Positions 33,447-39,955 of a stretch of 39,955 nt of DNA are shown one piece after another. Made by a program: the position numbers and the translations under genes. Under the pieces are notes generated by a model that saw nothing but the letters and a program-made list of their open reading frames with translations, was not told the origin of the DNA and made no database searches. Origin of the DNA: a virus (lineage: Duplodnaviria > Caudoviricetes); the IMG/VR virus record IMGVR_UViG_3300014867_000003, positions 1 to 39,955 of that record; one strand, given 5' to 3'. Numbering within the stretch: the stretch's first letter is position 1; each line of letters starts with the position of its first letter.

Positions 33447-33646
33447 GTCGTCTCCTCAACTTTGATGGTTACTAGGCGCGGCATCAATTCGCCGCCATAT
33501 CTGGTATAGTCGCGGCCACCGTCAACGAAGGACTTGCCGCACGGACAGTGGCGAAAATCGTGCCGATGCCTCGACCATACGATCTCATGGCACTCTCGGC
33601 AGATGATGCCGGTGAACTCGGTCGGGATCACAGACTGGTAGGCCAT
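33443..33646 (-). CDS. Small Zn-binding phage protein (CxxC...SRHRHDF..C.CG...VDGG..Y.R family)
   Basis: Motif seen in the translation. Confidence 0.75.
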   Translation of the reverse strand: MAYQSVIPTEFTGIICRECHEIVWSRHRHDFRHCPCGKSFVDGGRDYTRYGGELMPRLVTIKVEETT

Positions 33647-33825
33647 GGCGAGACGCGCTTCGAATCGCGACCCTTCTTCTGGCGCTTCTGGAGGATCTTT
33701 ATGGCCGCTTTAGCGTGCTTGACGACCGATCCGGGCAGGGCGTCGCGGTTGAGCTTGTCGAGGGCTATGATCTGTGATAGCAGGCGCAGGGCCCATGCCT
33801 CGTGATTGTGGCTAACGTGAGGCAT
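33628..33825 (-). CDS. Hypothetical protein
   Basis: 65 aa; coupled. Confidence 0.5.
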   Translation of the reverse strand: MPHVSHNHEAWALRLLSQIIALDKLNRDALPGSVVKHAKAAIKILQKRQKKGRDSKRVSPWPTSL

Positions 33826-33921
33826 TTAGGGCCTTCTTCCGATTCGGGCCTTGATTATGGGGGCGGCCACAGCGCACACCGCCACTCCAGCGACTACGAC
33901 TTCAGTGCAGACGAAGCACAT
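33826..33921 (-). CDS. 31-aa hydrophobic peptide
   Basis: MCFVCTEVVVAGVAVCAVAAPIIKARIGRRP exactly fills the gap, with TAATG overlap. Confidence 0.4.
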   Translation of the reverse strand: MCFVCTEVVVAGVAVCAVAAPIIKARIGRRP

Positions 33922-34289
33922 TAGCGGTTATCTCCATCACCATGAAGGGTGTCCTTCTTGGCGCGTTCGTCGAGCTTCTTGATGTTGGCGGCGGCGACGT
34001 CCGATAGCTTGGCGCCTATTTCGTCGCAAGTGGCCGAGAGATACCACAAGGCGTCTCCCAACTCCTTGAGAATGGCCTTGCGGTTCTCCTCGGTAATCTC
34101 CCCACCTTGGTCGCGCGCGATCTTCTTGACCTTACCAGCAACCTCGCCAGCCTCGTTGGTTAGACCGAGGACCGTATACTCAAGAGCCCCAAGCGGATCG
34201 GCATGCTTACAGTGGCAGTAGTCGCAAAACCGATGGCGCGGGTAGATCTTGAACCGGCGGGCTTTCTGCTGGTAGTCGTTGAAATTCAC
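33921..34289 (-). CDS. MazG-like nucleoside triphosphate pyrophosphohydrolase
   Basis: LGLTNEAGEVAGKVKK...KELGDALWY...NIKKL...GDGDNR. Confidence 0.92.
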   Translation of the reverse strand: MNFNDYQQKARRFKIYPRHRFCDYCHCKHADPLGALEYTVLGLTNEAGEVAGKVKKIARDQGGEITEENRKAILKELGDALWYLSATCDEIGAKLSDVAAANIKKLDERAKKDTLHGDGDNR

Positions 34290-34678
34290 TGCGCGACTAC
34301 GATTGGCAGGTTACAGTTCTCGCCGAGCGGGTACCCCGGGGTCAGGTCGAGTGTCAGATTGGTGCCCGGCGCCAGCCACACGCCAACGAGGCAAGGGTCG
34401 GTGGGGTGGTGTCGCATATTCACCACTTGTGGCTGATCACAGGGCGAAAGCTCGGTGGTCGTGAAATACTGAATCTGGTGGGCCGTATTGCCAACCAACC
34501 GCCAATTGCATGGTTCTGCCTCAGGAGGTGGTGCGGCCGAGGTGGTCGGCTCGGTCATCGACCTGTGGTGGTCTACAGGGCTCACGGAGTTCGAACAGCC
34601 GGTCGGTCCGGCGCTGATAAGCAGCAAGAGGACCAAAATCAGCACAAACAGGGCGATCATCTTCACGTATTTGGACAT
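34286..34678 (-). CDS. Putative lipoprotein/secreted protein
   Basis: Basic n-region, long h-region, GPTG-C; AAGGAG RBS. Confidence 0.55.
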   Translation of the reverse strand: MSKYVKMIALFVLILVLLLLISAGPTGCSNSVSPVDHHRSMTEPTTSAAPPPEAEPCNWRLVGNTAHQIQYFTTTELSPCDQPQVVNMRHHPTDPCLVGVWLAPGTNLTLDLTPGYPLGENCNLPIVVAQ

Positions 34679-34726
34679 TAGTTCTTTCTCCTTGTTGGCA
34701 CACGTACACCCCTCTGGGCCAAACGC

Positions 34727-35071
34727 TTAACTGGGCGGCTTCTGGACGGCCCCAAGGGCCCGAATCAGGGCAAGCTTCCGCTGCAAGCGCCACTTCTTGG
34801 CCCGTCGTCGGGCCTTTTCCTTAGCAACAGCCCCTTGCCGGTAGATGCGGGCATTCTCCGCTCTGCACTCTAAGCATACCGAATTGCGCTGATCCTTATA
34901 GCGGGCGTCCATGCCGAAGGCCGAGAGGGGCTTTCGGGTCCGGCAATGTGGGCATGGCTTAGATTGCCCCTCCTGCTGCTGGTCCAAAAGCCTGCGCATC
35001 TCGAGATTAATTCTCTGAGATTGGTTCATGGCCGGGAATTCCCGTGCGTGTGGTAGCGCGACTCGGTTCAC
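34727..35071 (-). CDS. Zinc-finger protein (CxxC...KPLSAF...CxxC, as in HNH/EndoVII N-termini) without nuclease domain
   Basis: KPCPHCRTRKPLSAF...SVCLECR followed by a basic helix. Confidence 0.6.
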   Translation of the reverse strand: MNRVALPHAREFPAMNQSQRINLEMRRLLDQQQEGQSKPCPHCRTRKPLSAFGMDARYKDQRNSVCLECRAENARIYRQGAVAKEKARRRAKKWRLQRKLALIRALGAVQKPPS

Positions 35072-35784
35072 AAGCCCTCGTCCGGCTTATCAACAATCAG
35101 CCGCCGTGGGCGTTTAGTCCCCGGGTGCCAAGAGCGCTGCTTGGACCCGGCGTGATCGATGAGACTGGTGGTGGTCGAGGCGCACCAGAACCCCTCATGG
35201 TGGATGCGGCGCATGACGGCACCCTCGACGTCGCCTATAAGTCTATCGGTTGGGAAGGGATGGCCGAATCGCATAGCATCATCGAACCGCATCAGAAGGC
35301 AGCACCCCGGCACGAAGGGTCGAACCCCGCCCTCGACCACCTGAAGCGGGCCCGCATCAAACACCCGGGCCTCCTCTTGCGAGGAGTGCCTAAATCCCGA
35401 TAGAGCTCTTAAACCGGTCGGGTAGAATCGCTCGAGAGTGGCGACCATGGTGGACTCCCACTCATGCGAGAAGGTGAGATCGTCATCGCACAGCAAGACG
35501 TAATCGGGCGGACAACCAGCAGGAACCACATAGCAAGCCTCAGTCAGGAAAGATAGGCCCACGTTCCACGCGTAGCCCTTACCGTAGTTGTCATCGAGGA
35601 GGATGGCGGTCAACGGGAGGGTCTCAAGGTACTTTCGGGCGGTGGAGGTTCGAACCCCCTGCTCGACCACCACCAGCGGACCCGCAAACTCCGAATCAAA
35701 GAGGGAGGTCAGAGTAGCCCGAAGAAGGGCCGCCCGCCCCATGCTGGCCATTACAACGCCGACGGTACCGTCTTTAGGCGGCAT
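35068..35784 (-). CDS. Glycosyltransferase family 2 (GT-A), paralog of 6277..6969
   Basis: VVVEQG, NYGKGYAWNVG, LLCDDD, GLRALSGFRH, PGCCLL, IDHAG. Confidence 0.85.
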   Translation of the reverse strand: MPPKDGTVGVVMASMGRAALLRATLTSLFDSEFAGPLVVVEQGVRTSTARKYLETLPLTAILLDDNYGKGYAWNVGLSFLTEACYVVPAGCPPDYVLLCDDDLTFSHEWESTMVATLERFYPTGLRALSGFRHSSQEEARVFDAGPLQVVEGGVRPFVPGCCLLMRFDDAMRFGHPFPTDRLIGDVEGAVMRRIHHEGFWCASTTTSLIDHAGSKQRSWHPGTKRPRRLIVDKPDEGL

Positions 35785-35847
35785 CTCGGTGCCCTTTCAG
35801 ACCGGCGCGCGCGACGTCGCGGCTTTTTGGCCGCCCCTTGTGGCAAC

Positions 35848-35867
35848 AAAAGGCGCCCCCGGGCGCC
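35848..35867 (-). terminator. Rho-independent terminator after the endolysin
   Basis: GGCGCC-CGGG-GGCGCC-TTTTGTT. Confidence 0.7.
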
Positions 35868-35870
35868 GCC

Positions 35871-36434
35871 TTAGCCAATTTGAATTCTCTTCAGCCAGCC
35901 TCGGGCGAAGGCCTCTTGGGTTGGGTTGGCCCGCATGATATCGAGGTAGAACGCGCCGCGCAGCACGACAACCACCTTCTCGATCAGCTCGTAGTCCTCT
36001 TTCCGCTCAAGGAGCTGGGCGCGGGTAACAGGTCCAAAGAGCCCGTCCACCTTCAGGTCGGGGTAGAGGGTCTGGTTACGGTTCAACACATTCAGGGCCT
36101 CCTGCAAGAACTTAATGGCCCTTCCGTTGCCCATATTAACCGCGATATCGAACAACTCGTCGGCAAGCGGCTGGTGGTCTATCTCATCGAGACTCATCAA
36201 ATCCCAGATCACCTTGTAGAAGGACTCAACATGAAAGCGCAAGTCGATTCCTACTTGGATCCAATCAACATCACCCTTCGTTGCCGCCCGGTCAAGGTAC
36301 GCCCACCCCGACCACTCCGGAAAGTGAACGCGCGAGATGCCCTTGTAGGTTTCGCCGCCCTTGTCGTTGGGGTGGTTCGAGTAGCCGCCCTCGTACTGAA
36401 GCGTCTTGGTCAGTGCAACCGAGAACATCACCAT
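35871..36434 (-). CDS. Endolysin, glycoside hydrolase family 108 with C-terminal PG-binding domain
   Basis: EGGYSNHPNDKGGETYKGI, FDIAVNMG, VDGLFGPVT, FARGWLKR. Confidence 0.93.
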   Translation of the reverse strand: MVMFSVALTKTLQYEGGYSNHPNDKGGETYKGISRVHFPEWSGWAYLDRAATKGDVDWIQVGIDLRFHVESFYKVIWDLMSLDEIDHQPLADELFDIAVNMGNGRAIKFLQEALNVLNRNQTLYPDLKVDGLFGPVTRAQLLERKEDYELIEKVVVVLRGAFYLDIMRANPTQEAFARGWLKRIQIG

Positions 36435-36446
36435 GGTTAAGTCCTT

Positions 36447-36917
36447 TCAGCCCACAAGCGTGACGGAGGCCACCCCATTCGGGATGCGATTTTGGAGCTT
36501 CTCGTACGCCGCTTGTAGAGACGGGTCCGGGTAGGTCCAGCCGTCACGGTAATACACCTTGACGATTCCGGCTTGTATCAGCTCCTTCGTGCAGCCAAAG
36601 CAGGGGCGCATCGTACAGAACATCTCGCCACCCTCGACGGCAATACCAAACCGAGCCGCAGATAGGAGGGCGTTCTGCTCGGCGTGCACACAAACACAAA
36701 TGTCGTAATTCGTACCGGATAGGTACTTCACGCTATCTGCGCACCGATCGCAACCACCGTCAAGGCAGTTGGTCATGTTCGAAGGTGTGCCATTGTATCC
36801 AGTCGAGACCACGCGATTGCCAACCACGATAACGGCCCCGACGCGGCGGCCCAGACAATTAGCCTTGGTCCCAACCGCCACCGCAATCCCCATGAAGTAC
36901 AAGTCACGATTCTGCAT
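36447..36917 (-). CDS. dCMP deaminase (ComEB-like)
   Basis: VGAVIV, GYNG, HAEQNA, PCFGC. Confidence 0.93.
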   Translation of the reverse strand: MQNRDLYFMGIAVAVGTKANCLGRRVGAVIVVGNRVVSTGYNGTPSNMTNCLDGGCDRCADSVKYLSGTNYDICVCVHAEQNALLSAARFGIAVEGGEMFCTMRPCFGCTKELIQAGIVKVYYRDGWTYPDPSLQAAYEKLQNRIPNGVASVTLVG

Positions 36918-37188
36918 CGCGGCCCTTCTGCTCTTCCTTAGCGACCATCAGCTTCATCTCCTCGGCCCTATCAAATACCATCAGCATCTTGTGGCAATTA
37001 GAGCATTCGGCGTTCGGCTCAAGGGCAATCGGACTTGGGCAAACCAAAATCGCCACAAAATCGCACGCAATGCAGTGGGCCTTGCCCACCAGCCAAAGCG
37101 GCTCGCCGGATTCTAACATCCGCTCGGCCATACGCTTGGCCCATTCTTCGTCTAACTCATCGGCCACGAGACAGATCCTCAATCTCAT
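36904..37188 (-). CDS. Zinc-ribbon protein
   Basis: HCIACD...ECSNCH; overlaps the sigma gene 3' end. Confidence 0.6.
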   Translation of the reverse strand: MRLRICLVADELDEEWAKRMAERMLESGEPLWLVGKAHCIACDFVAILVCPSPIALEPNAECSNCHKMLMVFDRAEEMKLMVAKEEQKGRDAES

Positions 37189-38467
37189 GTAGCCGCTCGA
37201 GAGTGCGTCGAGACTCCCACTGCCCGGGGGTGCTGTAGTACAGACTTTCTAAGTCGATGTTGTGCTTTGCACACACCTGTTCAGCAAGCCTCTTAATGCG
37301 AGCCCGCCAAATAGCCACAGCCCCGCGCGAGGATTGAAATCTCGCAGCAATCTCCTTCGATTCGTACCCCAGATAGAACAGGGCGTTCACCGCCGTCAAG
37401 CTTTTGATGGTGCCTCTATGGTCTCGCCATGGCTTGGTTTGCTCTAGCTCTGCCTGCAGGAGCGTAAGGAACCGCTCAAGGGGCGAAGACACCACATCAC
37501 CATTATCGCAAAGCTTACTGACCTCGGGGTGCAGGAACTCCTCGCCGTCGTTGCCTGTGAAGAACAGGGGCTCGGCTTGTGACAGAACATTGCGGACCGG
37601 GCGCTCCCTCTCGTCGCGACAAGCCCGACAGACCCTACAGTCGACGCACACCTTCCGGTTCTTGCACTGCTTACACAGAGTGAACTGGTAAGAGTCGTCA
37701 CACGTCAAACACGCCGGAGCCTTGGCGGGCTTATGGCCCACGCAATCGGGGCAGTGATTGCACGCCTTACATACTCGACACATGGAATTGGGCCGTGCCG
37801 GGCTACAAGACTTACATTTCTCACAGAAGCCGGGCGTCAGACACCCCCCATGGATGGCGCACCTCGAACATTCCTTGGTGCGGCCGTTATCGCGAAGATG
37901 GTTGAGGCAGACGGTGCGGATGACTCCAAACACGTGGGTGGTGAAAGAAGCGCCCACCGGACTGGGTAAAGCGCATATACACTCCTCGATAACGCGGAAC
38001 TTGATCATACGAACGTAGACGTTCTGCTCTAAATCGTCTATTAGGCTTGAGTCCCGCACCCCGAAGTTCTTGATGGCAGCACGAACCCGATCCTTCCACG
38101 TCCGATAGAAGGTGTCCATGTCCATGGCGTGATCACACTTACACCGCTTACGGGCATCGCTTTTCTTGACAAACTGCGGCGTCTTCTCGCCGTGCTTGGG
38201 CGTCGGGGGCGTAGAGCCGAGGAAGGTGGCCGTATCGGGGAAGCGCCCCCGATGCGCCTTGCTGATCTTGCCAACACCATAAACAAACGCCGTCCGAACT
38301 TCATCGGTATCCAACATCCGGAATGTGTAGGACTCTCGTTCTTCTGCTGGGCAATCCTTCAACACGCCCTCAAGGTCGGCCGAGAGGTAAAGTGAGAAGG
38401 CCTCTCCGTTGACAATGATGTAATCCTCGGGGCTGGTCTGTAGCTTAGAGATTAGGGACTTTTTCAT
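37157..38467 (-). CDS. ECF/sigma70-family RNA polymerase sigma factor with Cys-rich insert
   Basis: Region 2: FY..W..RV...DDLEQNVYVRM...SFTTHVFGVIRTVCLNHLR. Region 4: FYLGYESKEIAARFQSSRGAVAIWRARIK. 19 Cys in 84 aa between them. Confidence 0.8.
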   Translation of the reverse strand: MKKSLISKLQTSPEDYIIVNGEAFSLYLSADLEGVLKDCPAEERESYTFRMLDTDEVRTAFVYGVGKISKAHRGRFPDTATFLGSTPPTPKHGEKTPQFVKKSDARKRCKCDHAMDMDTFYRTWKDRVRAAIKNFGVRDSSLIDDLEQNVYVRMIKFRVIEECICALPSPVGASFTTHVFGVIRTVCLNHLRDNGRTKECSRCAIHGGCLTPGFCEKCKSCSPARPNSMCRVCKACNHCPDCVGHKPAKAPACLTCDDSYQFTLCKQCKNRKVCVDCRVCRACRDERERPVRNVLSQAEPLFFTGNDGEEFLHPEVSKLCDNGDVVSSPLERFLTLLQAELEQTKPWRDHRGTIKSLTAVNALFYLGYESKEIAARFQSSRGAVAIWRARIKRLAEQVCAKHNIDLESLYYSTPGQWESRRTLERLHEIEDLSRGR

Positions 38468-38927
38468 TCAACTCCTGAAGAACTTCGAAGGCGTGGTACT
38501 TCTTCCACAACTCCGAGTCATCGTAGAAGGGATAGCGCCGAGCCATTCGCAGGAAGACGGCATCGTGCGGATTGATTAGGTCGAACCCACGGTGCAGGTG
38601 AATTAACTCCTCCAACAGCGTCGAGTAGACGACCTCGGTTGGTACCATCGGTAGAAATAGGGCAAGGTTGATGCGCAGCACCGGAGGTAAGTCATAAGCC
38701 GCCCGCCCGGGCAAGTGGATCTGCCTCCGCTTAACCTCGGCCCAACACAGTTCCTTATCTCCCGGCTTAGAGGCGAACAGATCGACCACGAACTCCGGCG
38801 TTGGGTGGTTGCAGACCTCCACGAAGATAGCACAAGCATCGGAGATCAGCCCAACAGAACCCGGGCGGATCGCATGCAAGACATGCCTGTGCCGCAGAAA
38901 CATCCGCAGCCCGTCATCACCGGGCAT
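38445..38927 (-). CDS. SprT/YgjP-like zinc metallopeptidase homolog with EExxH
   Basis: LRINLAL..P.VP.EVVYSTLLEELIH...PHDAVF....RRYP.Y; likely start ATG 38927, 1 nt after the upstream TAG. Confidence 0.6.
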   Translation of the reverse strand: MPGDDGLRMFLRHRHVLHAIRPGSVGLISDACAIFVEVCNHPTPEFVVDLFASKPGDKELCWAEVKRRQIHLPGRAAYDLPPVLRINLALFLPMVPTEVVYSTLLEELIHLHRGFDLINPHDAVFLRMARRYPFYDDSELWKKYHAFEVLQELNEKVPNL

Positions 38928-38928
38928 A

Positions 38929-39375
38929 CTAGCCCTCAATGTCATTTGGGGCATCAGCCTCGTTGTACTGCTCCGGCTTGGGCGCTGAAGCGTCAGACAT
39001 GGAGTTCTGTATTTCCTCGATCTCCTTGTTGATGTGGGCACGCTGCTCAGCATCAACCCCCTCACTGGCCAAGACCTCCTGCAGGAATTTAACGCGATCC
39101 CGTTTGATCTCGTCTCGGATCTCGATGATATTGGGGATGGTCGCACCGAGGGCCGCAGCCAAGTGCTTGAACATGTAGACAAACTCCAAGTGCGCCACTT
39201 GAAGATGCGCGATCTGCTGCTGGGTCACGTGCTCCATATGCGCCAGCTGGTTCATGCCCGTCGCCATCTTCGGCGTGATGGCCCATACCTGCTCAATCAT
39301 GGAGGGGATGGGAGGAAGAATGGAGGTGGGGGCGGGAGCCGCTTGCTGTCCCGGGATTTGAATTTTAGTGCTCAC
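38929..39375 (-). CDS. Hypothetical helical protein
   Basis: 148 aa; coupled. Confidence 0.65.
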   Translation of the reverse strand: MSTKIQIPGQQAAPAPTSILPPIPSMIEQVWAITPKMATGMNQLAHMEHVTQQQIAHLQVAHLEFVYMFKHLAAALGATIPNIIEIRDEIKRDRVKFLQEVLASEGVDAEQRAHINKEIEEIQNSMSDASAPKPEQYNEADAPNDIEG

Positions 39376-39955
39376 GTGGGGTTTCTCGTTTCTTGATGGT
39401 GGTTGGTCCGTCGTTCTTCTTTTCCACTTGATATACCGTGTTAGCGAAGGCCAGCAACTCCTCCGAATGCGTAATGAGCAAGATGGTAATTCCCAGCTTC
39501 TCGGTCAGGAAGTGCAGGAAGTCGCCCACTTTCTCGAGATGCTCCCGGCCAACTTCGGCGAAGGCCTCATCAAGCACCAAGAACCGCTGCATGTCCTTCC
39601 GCTTCTGAAGGATTAACACAAGAATGGTCAGCACGGAGATGATGTCCACGTAGCCGCCACCGCGACTGTCCATGATGTCGGTCTTAGTGTCCTTGCCCAG
39701 CCGCATGTAAGCATATACAGACCGAACCTTGGTTTCCATATCGATCGAGAAGGTATCTTGCTCGTCGAAAATCACGCGGAGGCCGTGGTTAACGATATTC
39801 TCCATCACCTGCTTAGATGACATCTCACAGATCTCGGCCACTTTCTTCAAAAGCTGGGTTGCCTCTCCGGCTGTTGCCTCGAGGGCGGACAGCCTCTCTA
39901 GAGTGGCTCCTAGCGTGGCGACTTCCGACAACAAGGCCGCCCGGCGCTTCTGTAG
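39365..39955 (-). CDS. SbcC/Rad50-like ABC ATPase C-terminal half, 5' end outside the window
   Basis: SRGGG (signature-like), FLVLDE (Walker B), LITH (H-loop); frame open to base 39955. Confidence 0.82.
   Translation of the reverse strand, partial: LQKRRAALLSEVATLGATLERLSALEATAGEATQLLKKVAEICEMSSKQVMENIVNHGLRVIFDEQDTFSIDMETKVRSVYAYMRLGKDTKTDIMDSRGGGYVDIISVLTILVLILQKRKDMQRFLVLDEAFAEVGREHLEKVGDFLHFLTEKLGITILLITHSEELLAFANTVYQVEKKNDGPTTIKKRETPREH

Noticed and set aside
38928-39182. Longer N-terminus for the SprT-like ORF (likewise the track starts at 4796, 5633, 6253 and 29844)
   Set aside because: The extensions overlap better-supported upstream genes or promoters; downstream ATGs have an RBS, stop-start coupling or a promoter-defined start
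110-39616. Many plus-strand ORFs, some over 200 aa (567..1376, 4047..4847, 19541..20281, 22783..23691, 29663..30340)
   Set aside because: They lie antisense to convincing minus-strand genes and show no motifs; typical shadow ORFs of GC-rich DNA
1-39955. Stop-codon reassignment, given frequent TAG stops
   Set aside because: Core genes are full length under code 11, and TAG, TAA and TGA all end genes right at the next start
1-39955. tRNA or rRNA genes, integrase, transposase, tail sheath, inteins
   Set aside because: None recognised by eye; intergenic gaps are short and show no cloverleaf. A tRNAscan or HMM run would be needed to exclude them formally

Overview
This is a 40-kb segment of a tailed dsDNA phage with siphovirus-type layout (tail tube and tape measure, no sheath). 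All credible genes are on the minus strand and tightly coupled (TAATG/ATGA overlaps). In transcription order, right to left: (1) SbcC/Rad50-type ATPase C-terminal half (runs off the window), SprT-like protein, an ECF-type sigma factor with an 84-aa/19-Cys insert, dCMP deaminase, GH108 endolysin, GT2, MazG-like protein and a Dam-like methylase; (2) TerS, GpA-type TerL, portal, scaffold, MCP, head-tail proteins, tail tube, tail chaperone with a GGGAAAC -1 frameshift, TMP and tail-tip proteins; (3) a complex fibre/RBP module with two 20-aa-repeat proteins and a 108-aa module followed by three tandem paralogous jelly-roll head genes; (4) a second GT2, an island with two consensus sigma54 promoters, DUF5664-type dNTP diphosphohydrolase, 3TM holin, primase core, DEDD exonuclease and GT4 (runs off the window). 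The most notable signals are a candidate two-tier transcription system (sigma54 promoters with enhancer-like palindromes, plus a GTGTA(A/C)AA motif at seven intergenic sites, possibly read by the Cys-rich sigma factor) and the split N-module plus triplicated head cassette. All family assignments come from motif recognition by eye; no searches were run.
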